The notes beneath the pieces were generated by a model. It had not been told where the DNA came from, made no database searches, and saw only the letters and a program-made list of their open reading frames with translations. A program made the position numbers and the translations under genes. From IMG/VR virus record IMGVR_UViG_3300028588_000383, positions 1 through 52,409 of that record: DNA of 52,409 nt; one strand, 5' to 3'. The stretch is from a virus (lineage: Duplodnaviria > Caudoviricetes). Shown piece by piece: positions 27,252 to 34,326 of the stretch; positions within the stretch are counted from its first letter, which is position 1; each line of letters begins with the position of its first letter.

Positions 27252-28142
27252 CTAAAAGAGTGCGACTTGCCCAGATGACGGTAGCGGAAGTCCGTTGGAC
27301 CCAGCCTCGACCACTTCTCGCGCACCCTTGCGGCAGTTGCACCTGAGGTGGGCGAGTCTGATGTTGCTGTAGCTATGCATCCCACCGCGAACCAGAGGCA
27401 CGACGTGATCCAAAGTAGCAAAGCCTCGATCAGGCCACTTGAGCTGCAGATCAACCGACTCTCCGCAGAGCCAGCAAATTCCCTTGTCGCGTTTAAACAC
27501 TACCTGCAGATCAACATGTTCAACGTATGCATTTGCGCGCAGCGCCTTCCGCTTGTACTCGTTGGTACGGTTCTGCTGCTTTATTTCAGGGCGGTGGCGC
27601 GCCTGGGCGTACCACGCTCGCGCTTGGATGCGGATTAGCTTGTGCGAACACTCTTCTGAGCAGCAAACGTTCTTATTGATCGGCCTGAACTCGGTTTTGC
27701 AGATTCGGCATTCCGATACGAGCGGTGTGCCACGCTCATGGCGAGAACGGCACGCGGCGTCGCAGAATTTTCGCCCATTTGCCGGTGTGCTGCAGTAGGC
27801 GCACTTTTCATAATGCGATGTGTCGACCAGGGTTTCGATAGTGCCTCGCCTGCGAAGCCGATAGTAATGGACCTCGCAGTACTCGGCACGCCCGGACCGC
27901 AGCGGACTGGTGCATCCATCGATCGCACACTGGGTTGCTCGAGGTCGAGAAGTCCAAATCTTTACGCCGGCAGCATCAAGAGCGTTCGCAAAACTTCCGA
28001 ACAGTTTCTTTGCCATTGTGGTGCACGACATGCCAACGTCGGTAGACTTGCAATAGCCATCCTTTGCGTTCGCTCGAATCAAGTTAATAATCGATTCTTT
28101 GGTCCACTTGTGAGTGGACTGGGTATAATCTTTCGAAATCAC
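27252..28142 (-). CDS. HNH endonuclease with N-terminal repeat domain and zinc fingers
   Basis: RDKGICWLCG..TLDHVVPLVRGGMHSYSNIRLAHLRCNCRKG; multiple CxxC; WTKE..FGSFANALDAAG repeat. GTG start with GAGAGG RBS. Confidence 0.88.
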   Translation of the reverse strand: MISKDYTQSTHKWTKESIINLIRANAKDGYCKSTDVGMSCTTMAKKLFGSFANALDAAGVKIWTSRPRATQCAIDGCTSPLRSGRAEYCEVHYYRLRRRGTIETLVDTSHYEKCAYCSTPANGRKFCDAACRSRHERGTPLVSECRICKTEFRPINKNVCCSEECSHKLIRIQARAWYAQARHRPEIKQQNRTNEYKRKALRANAYVEHVDLQVVFKRDKGICWLCGESVDLQLKWPDRGFATLDHVVPLVRGGMHSYSNIRLAHLRCNCRKGAREVVEAGSNGLPLPSSGQVALF

Positions 28143-28217
28143 TACGATCCTCTCAACGGATTGATGTGATGAGAAGCCCGGATGGTGTTAGCGCACCTAC
28201 CGGGCTTTGTTGTTTCT
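28136..28217 (+). ncRNA. predicted ~80-nt cis-antisense sRNA to the HNH leader
   Basis: Perfect TATAAT at 28124-28129 inside the HNH gene. Hairpin AAGCCCGG..CCGGGCTT (28174-28207) followed by TGTTGTTT. The -35 element is weak. Confidence 0.45.
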
Positions 28218-28231
28218 ATTGTATTTCAGAG

Positions 28232-28247
28232 CTGTACAAATATACAG
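28232..28247. promoter_or_regulatory. LexA box overlapping -35 of HNH promoter
   Basis: CTGT ACAAATAT ACAG, with minus-strand -10 TACAAT at 28218-28223. Confidence 0.8.
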
Positions 28248-28252
28248 TGCTT

Positions 28253-28558
28253 TCATTCGCACGGCCAGCCATCGGGACCAATTACCTTACGCGGGCGCTT
28301 CAGCCTTCCTTGTTGCTCAGCCGTGATTCGCTTGTGGCACTCGGTCGAGACGGCCCGTAGGTTGCCTGGGTCATCCGTCCCCTTCTGCGCCTTCGGGATA
28401 ATGTGGTCGACTTCCTGCGCAAGCGTCACTCTAATGACGCCTCCCTTGCATTGATCGCACTGACACAGCCCGCAATCACGCTCGAGTATCTGGCGGCGCA
28501 GCTTTACCCATGCTGACCCGTAGCCGCGCTCGTGGCGGCTCTTCGTGCCCCACACCAT
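28253..28558 (-). CDS. terminase-associated HNH endonuclease (HK97 gp74-like)
   Basis: RGYGSAW.KLR..ILERD.GLCQ..C, EVDHIIPK..GTDD..NL..CH..T. Confidence 0.88.
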   Translation of the reverse strand: MVWGTKSRHERGYGSAWVKLRRQILERDCGLCQCDQCKGGVIRVTLAQEVDHIIPKAQKGTDDPGNLRAVSTECHKRITAEQQGRLKRPRKVIGPDGWPCE

Positions 28559-28710
28559 CAGCTAGGACCCAAATCGATCTTGACGCCGTGGTCGACGGCG
28601 GCGTTGATCACCATGCTGGACAGATGTCCCAAAGCCATTGCGATCGCCACAGCAGGCCGGAACCACCATGAAAAGCGCGTCCGGACCTTCAGCGTGACTA
28701 CATTGCTCAT
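28558..28710 (-). CDS. small hypothetical protein (50 aa, MSNVVTLKVR..)
   Basis: Translated by hand; coupled to both neighbours. Confidence 0.5.
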   Translation of the reverse strand: MSNVVTLKVRTRFSWWFRPAVAIAMALGHLSSMVINAAVDHGVKIDLGPS

Positions 28711-28970
28711 CGCTTCTTCCTCAGATGGGTGAACAGGTTCGCTGCCATCTGCCGCGCATCGCCAGGTACGCTGCGCGCCACGTCGACGACCGACATGCCG
28801 GCGGCGCCGTGACCATTCGCGCGCAGGATCTCCTGTGCATCGTGGCAGTCGGCCAGGTGCTGGGAGATCTGGTTGAGCCGCGCCAGGTCAGCCGCTTGCG
28901 CTGGCTGGGCACCAGGCCCGAGCACCGCGCGCATGATCTCCGCGCGGTAGATGCGTGCCATGTTGTTCAT
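28707..28970 (-). CDS. hypothetical protein
   Basis: 87-aa ORF in late operon orientation. Confidence 0.55.
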   Translation of the reverse strand: MNNMARIYRAEIMRAVLGPGAQPAQAADLARLNQISQHLADCHDAQEILRANGHGAAGMSVVDVARSVPGDARQMAANLFTHLRKKR

Positions 28971-29060
28971 GCTGCCGCCTGAGCCTGATCGATCACAGCC
29001 TGTTCGCGCATCACCTGAATAATGAAGCGCAGCCAGGACACTTCCGCCTCGACGCTCACG

Positions 29061-29273
29061 CTACTTCTCCCCGAAGCCAGGGACGTCGCGCTCGCTGGTC
29101 GTGCGCAGGCAGTAGACCCACGCGACGGCGATTATGGTGACGACGGTTCCCAGCACACCATAGGCCCAGCCCGGCGCGTCAAGGCGGTCAAGCAGCAACC
29201 ACCACAGGATGGCAAACGGGACTGGTGAACGCATAGGGAGCGACGACGATTTGATGGCGACCTTGCGCTTCAT
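29061..29273 (-). CDS. small two-TM membrane protein
   Basis: GAGG RBS; two hydrophobic segments. Confidence 0.6.
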   Translation of the reverse strand: MKRKVAIKSSSLPMRSPVPFAILWWLLLDRLDAPGWAYGVLGTVVTIIAVAWVYCLRTTSERDVPGFGEK

Positions 29274-29355
29274 GCGATACCTCGAAAAAGAAAAGCCGCC
29301 GGCGCATTGCTGCGACAGGCGGCGAAGTCCCCGGTTTTGCCGGGGCTGGAGACAC

Positions 29356-29431
29356 TGGAGCGGGTGGCCGGGCTCGAACCGGCGGCATCATGCTTGGAAG
29401 GCGTGCGCTCTACCAGCTGAGCTACACCCGC
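29356..29431 (-). tRNA. tRNA-Gly(TCC)
   Basis: GCGGGTGTAGCTCAGCTGGTAGAGCGCACGCCTTCCAAGCATGATGCCGCCGGTTCGAGCCCGGCCACCCGCTCCA: 76-nt cloverleaf with CCA end and one C-A mismatch in the anticodon stem. Confidence 0.9.
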
Positions 29432-29499
29432 ATTGATCGGTTGGCCCGTACGTGGGCCAGGCGGCGTGCCCCAGATCTATCTGATAAGTAGGCCGCAAT

Positions 29500-29533
29500 C
29501 AAAAAAGGCCCACCGCGAAGGGTGAGCCTTTTT
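29500..29533 (-). terminator. tR'-like terminator downstream of late promoter
   Basis: AAAAAGGCTCACC CTTCGC GGTGGGCCTTTTTT; can work in both directions. Confidence 0.75.
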
Positions 29534-29637
29534 CTAGGCGAGCGCCGGCTTTACTGCTGGCCGGACTGCTCGACTGCCTCGGGTGACGTTGGCGCCGAAG
29601 CGCGCATTACGTGGATCGAGGGATATGTGAAGGCTGT

Positions 29638-29669
29638 AGTTTACGCCCGTTTCCTGTGCAACACAACAG
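29638..29669 (-). promoter_or_regulatory. late promoter (pR'-like) with overlapping LexA box
   Basis: Minus strand TTGTGT-17-TAAACT. CTGT-N8-ACAG at 29654-29669 covers the -35. Lies downstream of the Q-like gene and upstream of tR'. Confidence 0.6.
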
Positions 29670-29764
29670 TATTTCAAATGTCATTTACCTAGTGCGGAAA
29701 GTGACTTTACGCACTGACCACACGAGCCGGAGCGCACATGCTGAGGCTTTCCATAGGAGGCCAT

Positions 29765-29941
29765 ATGTCCGACGATCCTACTAAGCGCGGCACACCCGAT
29801 CGAAATCTCATCAGCCTGAAAGAGCCCCACGAAGTCAGCTATTGGACCGATGCGCTCGGCGTCAGCAAGGAAGAGCTGGAGCGCCTGGTATCCGAAGTCG
29901 GCCACAGCGCATCGGCTGTTCGTGAACGATTGAAGAAGTAA
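29765..29941 (+). CDS. DUF3606 domain protein
   Basis: MSDD..RG..DR..I...E..EV.YW...LGVS.EEL...V..VG.S..AVR signature; AGGAGG RBS. Confidence 0.85.
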   Translation: MSDDPTKRGTPDRNLISLKEPHEVSYWTDALGVSKEELERLVSEVGHSASAVRERLKK

Positions 29942-29953
29942 CCTGCTGCCCGG

Positions 29954-30532
29954 TCAGGCGCAGGCCATGACCTGACTTGGGCGCGCCTCCCTGCGCATCT
30001 TGGCGCCGGCGCGCGCGCTGTGCGCCTGGTACATGCCCTCCAGCTCCGACACCATGTCAGCGATGCGCTCGCGCTCGAGTGTGCCACCCTGGATCGGTTC
30101 GCGGCCAGGCGACGCGGCGCAATGCGTGCACGCGCGACCGGCGCTGACCTTGGTGCCGTTGCACGCGCTGCATTCGCCGCCCAGCCAGTGCGCCAGCGAG
30201 TGCACCGCGATCTTCTTGTAGATGCCGTACGCCGCGCCGATGTCCCACTCGTGCTTGATGTTGATCCACTTGCGTGCGAAACCACGGCGCGCCACCTCGC
30301 CGGTCCAGATGCGCAGCAGCACGGCCAGGTCATGAGCCGAGCTTTCGACAGCTTGGCGCGGCACGCCGGCGATATGGGCGCGCAACAGCATCGTGCCGAA
30401 CAGCTCTCCCGGTCCTCCTGACAGATCGGCCAGCGCCGCAGCGACGAGCGGCTCCGTCTGGTGGTGTTGGTCGTCGTCCTGCATGTTGGAAGCACTCAAT
30501 GCCTGGACGTATCGGTCTGCAAAATTAAACAT
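29954..30532 (-). CDS. antitermination protein Q-like
   Basis: CSACNGT..CTHC zinc finger; last early gene before the late promoter and terminator. Confidence 0.6.
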   Translation of the reverse strand: MFNFADRYVQALSASNMQDDDQHHQTEPLVAAALADLSGGPGELFGTMLLRAHIAGVPRQAVESSAHDLAVLLRIWTGEVARRGFARKWINIKHEWDIGAAYGIYKKIAVHSLAHWLGGECSACNGTKVSAGRACTHCAASPGREPIQGGTLERERIADMVSELEGMYQAHSARAGAKMRREARPSQVMACA

Positions 30533-30670
30533 GACTTTCCCCTTGCCAATGCATTAGAGTAACAAATTCGCAGGTAGGGGGGTTAGCTGCCCGAGATTTT
30601 CCAAATTGCAACGTGGTCTTGTTTGAAGTGAACATCACCACGAATATGAGCTGTTCACTGAGAATACATT

Positions 30671-31780
30671 ATGAAAAACAAGATTGGACGCAATGACCCA
30701 TGCTGGTGCCCATCGGGGAAGAAATACAAACATTGTCACCTTGGACGCGAAAACGCGCCGAAACTGGCACGCCAAGATTTTGAGGCTCACAGCAAAAAAA
30801 TGGGAGCAATAAAAAAGTGCTCAGCGAAGGGAATAATTGATGAATGCCATGGAAACATAGTTAAAGCCCATTCTATATCTAAAAGTGGGTCGCTTAAGAA
30901 AATTGCAGTCGCTGGCCACGTAATGGGCACGAAGGCAAATCTTAGTGAACTGCATAAGAACAATGGGAATGTAACCTTAGGTAGCGTAGGAATTAACACC
31001 GCATCCACCTTCACCGGCTTCTGCGCTCATCACGATAAGACTTTGTTTTCGCCGCTCGAAGATAAACCTATTATCCTAGATGACACTCAGCTTTTTTTGT
31101 TAGCTTACCGGGCAATCGCTAGAGAGTTATTTGCCAAAGAGCTAAATAGCGAAACTGCAGACTTCATGCGCAGTGCAGATAAGGGATTTGAGCCGATGGT
31201 CCAAATCTTAATGCAGCATATTGCTTCCGAGTTTTCGGCCGGTGTTAATTTAGCCTTGAACGAACTTAAGCTTATCAAGGCGAAAATGGATGACATGCTA
31301 GCATCACAAAATTACACCAAACTGAAACATTTTGTTGTGAGTTTTTCTGAAACACCAGAAATTTTGGTTGGAGGCACTACCCAACCAGATTTTGATTTCG
31401 ACGGCACCGAACTTCAGGAATTCGGCAATCCGGATGCTATGATGAGCCACATAATATTTAATTCAATTACTTTCGATAATCGCGGCTGCTTTGTTTTCTC
31501 TTGGATTGACGAGCACGACGAAATATGCAGGAAATTTATAGACTCACTTGCAAGGCTCGAAAAACAAGAAATGGAGAATGCTCTAATCCGCTTCTCATAC
31601 TCCTATTCTGAAAACACTTGGGCATCTCCAAGCTGGTGGGAATCCGCAGATGCAAGTGTTAAAAAGGATGTGTCGGAAAGGCTTCAGCATGGCTTATCAA
31701 TAGCAGCCAAGGGAAGCTTCCTACGCCCAAATTCGATCGAATTTAAAGCATGTGTAATCGATTCCTATGAGTACCGCTAA
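30671..31780 (+). CDS. SEC-C motif protein with putative His/Cys nuclease-like domain (low-GC moron)
   Basis: KIGRNDPCWCPSGKKYKHCH N-terminus; AHSISK and FTGFCAHHD motifs; AT-rich and antisense to its flanks. Confidence 0.8.
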   Translation: MKNKIGRNDPCWCPSGKKYKHCHLGRENAPKLARQDFEAHSKKMGAIKKCSAKGIIDECHGNIVKAHSISKSGSLKKIAVAGHVMGTKANLSELHKNNGNVTLGSVGINTASTFTGFCAHHDKTLFSPLEDKPIILDDTQLFLLAYRAIARELFAKELNSETADFMRSADKGFEPMVQILMQHIASEFSAGVNLALNELKLIKAKMDDMLASQNYTKLKHFVVSFSETPEILVGGTTQPDFDFDGTELQEFGNPDAMMSHIIFNSITFDNRGCFVFSWIDEHDEICRKFIDSLARLEKQEMENALIRFSYSYSENTWASPSWWESADASVKKDVSERLQHGLSIAAKGSFLRPNSIEFKACVIDSYEYR

Positions 31781-32151
31781 AAAATCTCTACTTGCCATCC
31801 GCCGCCATCTTTTTTAGATCTAGCTTTTACTGCTAGGAAGCGAACTGGATATAGGTCAGCAGCGATTTTTATCTTTGCCCGAGCATCGTCCAGCCAGTAA
31901 CCCTTGACCTCATGCATCTCCAGAGCTCCGTTGGCCAGCATGACGGCGAAGTCTGGGGTGTAGAAAGTGTTGTCGGCCAGCCGCAGCTTGATCCCCTCGA
32001 ACTTGAACCATGCCACTTCGCCGGCGTGGCGCCGCGCGTCCAGCGTGGCGGCATACGCGGCCTCGGTCTTGTTCATGGTGCCGGTCTTGAGCCGGCCCAG
32101 CGCCTGGAGCGCGCGCGTGGCGCCGGTCCGATTTGTTGCCTGACTACTCAT
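31777..32151 (-). CDS. PD-(D/E)XK nuclease-like protein (DUF1064/VRR-NUC-like)
   Basis: MNKTE..Y, YTPDF, HEVKG motifs. Confidence 0.75.
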   Translation of the reverse strand: MSSQATNRTGATRALQALGRLKTGTMNKTEAAYAATLDARRHAGEVAWFKFEGIKLRLADNTFYTPDFAVMLANGALEMHEVKGYWLDDARAKIKIAADLYPVRFLAVKARSKKDGGGWQVEIF

Positions 32152-32152
32152 G

Positions 32153-32407
32153 TCATCCTTTCGATTTGGGTTGTGCTACATCGTTGTTTTGCTGCGCTGT
32201 TTGGCGCTTTTCGACCCAGGCGGCGCGCTCGGCCATGTTCCTCGCCGGTGCGTACCGGTCGCACGCGGCTCGGCTCCAGGGCAGGAACGGCTTAACTTGG
32301 TCGAATCGGCCGGCCGCGCCGACGCAGCGACCGACTCCGACCCGGGCGTGCTCCGGGTATTCCTTCATCTTGAAATTGCCGCACGTGGCGCAGATCTCGG
32401 CGTTCAC
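32153..32407 (-). CDS. small Cys-containing hypothetical protein
   Basis: CATC..GRC..C pattern; ATGA-coupled. Confidence 0.6.
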   Translation of the reverse strand: MNAEICATCGNFKMKEYPEHARVGVGRCVGAAGRFDQVKPFLPWSRAACDRYAPARNMAERAAWVEKRQTAQQNNDVAQPKSKG

Positions 32408-33087
32408 GCTGCCCTCGCTGGCGGCGGCTCGCGGCGCACCAGGTCTTTCAGCGAGCCGATCCCCTCAGGCTTGCGCGTGCGCTGCTCTGGCTCGACCAGC
32501 AGCGGCGTGGCGATCGGGCGGATCGGTGAAACGGTCGCGGGCGGCGTGCTGGCCGGGTCCAGCGCGGCCTCGATGCGCGCCTTGAACTGGCCCATGTACT
32601 CGCCCGACCGCGGCGACAGGCCCAGCTCAGCCCCCTTCGCCAAGATCGTCGCGTCGCTCGCCCACCAGGCGGCGCCGGCGGCAGGCTTCTTCTGCACCTC
32701 GGGCGGCGTCCAGTCGGCGGCGTACCGCTCGCTGGGCCCGAAGAAGGTCGCGGACTGCAGGATGTACATCGGCTCGGTCTTCATCGCCTTGACGAACGCG
32801 GCGTAGGCCAGGGCGCCGGCCAGCATCTCGGCGACCGTGGCGCCGGCGACCAGGCGCGCGGCCCAGGCCTTGTGCGCCGCTTTCTTGCTGTCGCCCGGGC
32901 GTGCGGGGTAGACCTCCCAGACTGCTTCGAAGTCTGCCGGGTAGTCGTTACGCTTCATCTTGCGCGGCGTGGCGGCGCCGGCGCGCAGGCGGTCGAGTTC
33001 ATCCAGCAGCTCGATGACAGTCGACGATTTCAGGTGCACAGTCGGGGCGCCGGCGGCCAGGCCGCGCAGTGGAGAGTAGTCACGCAT
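32404..33087 (-). CDS. phage replication-associated protein (initiator C-terminal-like domain)
   Basis: FEAVWEVYP..SKKAA.KAW and YI..ATFFGP..Y motifs typical of initiator C-termini. Start MRDYS at 33087. Confidence 0.6.
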   Translation of the reverse strand: MRDYSPLRGLAAGAPTVHLKSSTVIELLDELDRLRAGAATPRKMKRNDYPADFEAVWEVYPARPGDSKKAAHKAWAARLVAGATVAEMLAGALAYAAFVKAMKTEPMYILQSATFFGPSERYAADWTPPEVQKKPAAGAAWWASDATILAKGAELGLSPRSGEYMGQFKARIEAALDPASTPPATVSPIRPIATPLLVEPEQRTRKPEGIGSLKDLVRREPPPARAA

Positions 33088-33805
33088 GGGCAGTCTCCTG
33101 CTGGCGTTGCGCCACCTGATGCTTCGCCCACTCGCCGGCGATCCAGGTGACACCTTTCGGCGTAAAGCGCGCCGCGTTGTAAGCGTGCCCGTTGCCGCGC
33201 GCGGTACCGGCCTTGACGCAGAAGCGGCCCGCGTCGATGTGCTGGGCATGTGGCGTCAGCACGCCGCCCAGGCGATACACGATCTTGTGGTGGACCAGGA
33301 ACTCACGGAACAGGTTCTCGTTCACACCCAGCAGCTTGGCCACCTCGCGGAATCCCTTCGTGCCGGTCGAATCGGCGTATCGCTCGACGAACTCGACGGC
33401 CGGCGCCGCCGCGGCAAGCTGGGCTGCCTGGGCATCGATTACGTCCTGCTGTTCGGCGGCCAGGCGCAGCGCCGCGGCGAATGACTGCGGCACGGCCGGC
33501 GCCGGCGCCGCGGCTTCGAGCTCCATCCAGCGGTCGACCAGCCGGCCAGTGAACTCCGGCGACAAGCGGGCGATCAGGACGAGCGAGTCTCGTTTGTTGA
33601 GTCGGAACTCGGTGAATTCGCGCCCTCCCGCTAAGTTATTGATTACGCGGCATTCCTCAATCTGAGGAGTGACGCCGGTCGCCCTCAGCTCACGGCAAAC
33701 CCGCAACACGTTGTCGTGCCGCTTGTTGGCCATATCGGCGATCTCGCGGCTCGACATCGTGACGTCGGCGCCGCCGGTTGATTGCAGTGTCAGCATGCTT
33801 CCCAT
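33080..33805 (-). CDS. Rha-N / ANT(KilAC) antirepressor
   Basis: MSSREIA..KRHDNV, LVDRW.ELE, PQSFAAALRLAA, FTPKGV.W motifs. Confidence 0.88.
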   Translation of the reverse strand: MGSMLTLQSTGGADVTMSSREIADMANKRHDNVLRVCRELRATGVTPQIEECRVINNLAGGREFTEFRLNKRDSLVLIARLSPEFTGRLVDRWMELEAAAPAPAVPQSFAAALRLAAEQQDVIDAQAAQLAAAAPAVEFVERYADSTGTKGFREVAKLLGVNENLFREFLVHHKIVYRLGGVLTPHAQHIDAGRFCVKAGTARGNGHAYNAARFTPKGVTWIAGEWAKHQVAQRQQETAHA

Positions 33806-33834
33806 GTCGTTTCCTTTCTTCGTCTCGTGCTGCG

Positions 33835-34326
33835 TCAGGCGGCTTCCCTGGCCAGCTCGCGCACGACGCTGGTCGAGTTGATGTGGTGGCGCACCCGGCG
33901 GTCGACCTCGCGGCAGGCCCGCTCGACGTCGATGGCCCGGACGTTCTCCAACTGCGCGTCATGGCACTCCAGCGCCTCACGGATCGCATTGAGCTCGTCA
34001 CCCTTCATGATCACGCGGTCAAGCGTCACGATGCGCTTGCCGACGGCCAGCAGCGCATCGCGCGCCGCGATCGTGACCGGCCGGAACTCGTCGCCGATGC
34101 CCTGCTCGCACATCACGTTCGCCATGTTGATCGCGCCGACGAGCAGGTCCCACCCTTCCCGGGTGCCGGCGCCCTGCGCCATGTCGGCCAGGGCCTTGTG
34201 GCTGCGGATTTGGATCAGGCGCAAGTGCTCGATGTGGTCGCCGCTCATTCCGCCGAATACCGTGGTGAGGACATTGCGGGCGACGTACTTCGGCCCCTGG
34301 TATTTCTTGTTGCGCGGCTTTTTCAT
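33835..34326 (-). CDS. conserved phage hypothetical protein
   Basis: MKKPRNKKY.. start at 34326, coupled to the upstream gene. Confidence 0.7.
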   Translation of the reverse strand: MKKPRNKKYQGPKYVARNVLTTVFGGMSGDHIEHLRLIQIRSHKALADMAQGAGTREGWDLLVGAINMANVMCEQGIGDEFRPVTIAARDALLAVGKRIVTLDRVIMKGDELNAIREALECHDAQLENVRAIDVERACREVDRRVRHHINSTSVVRELAREAA

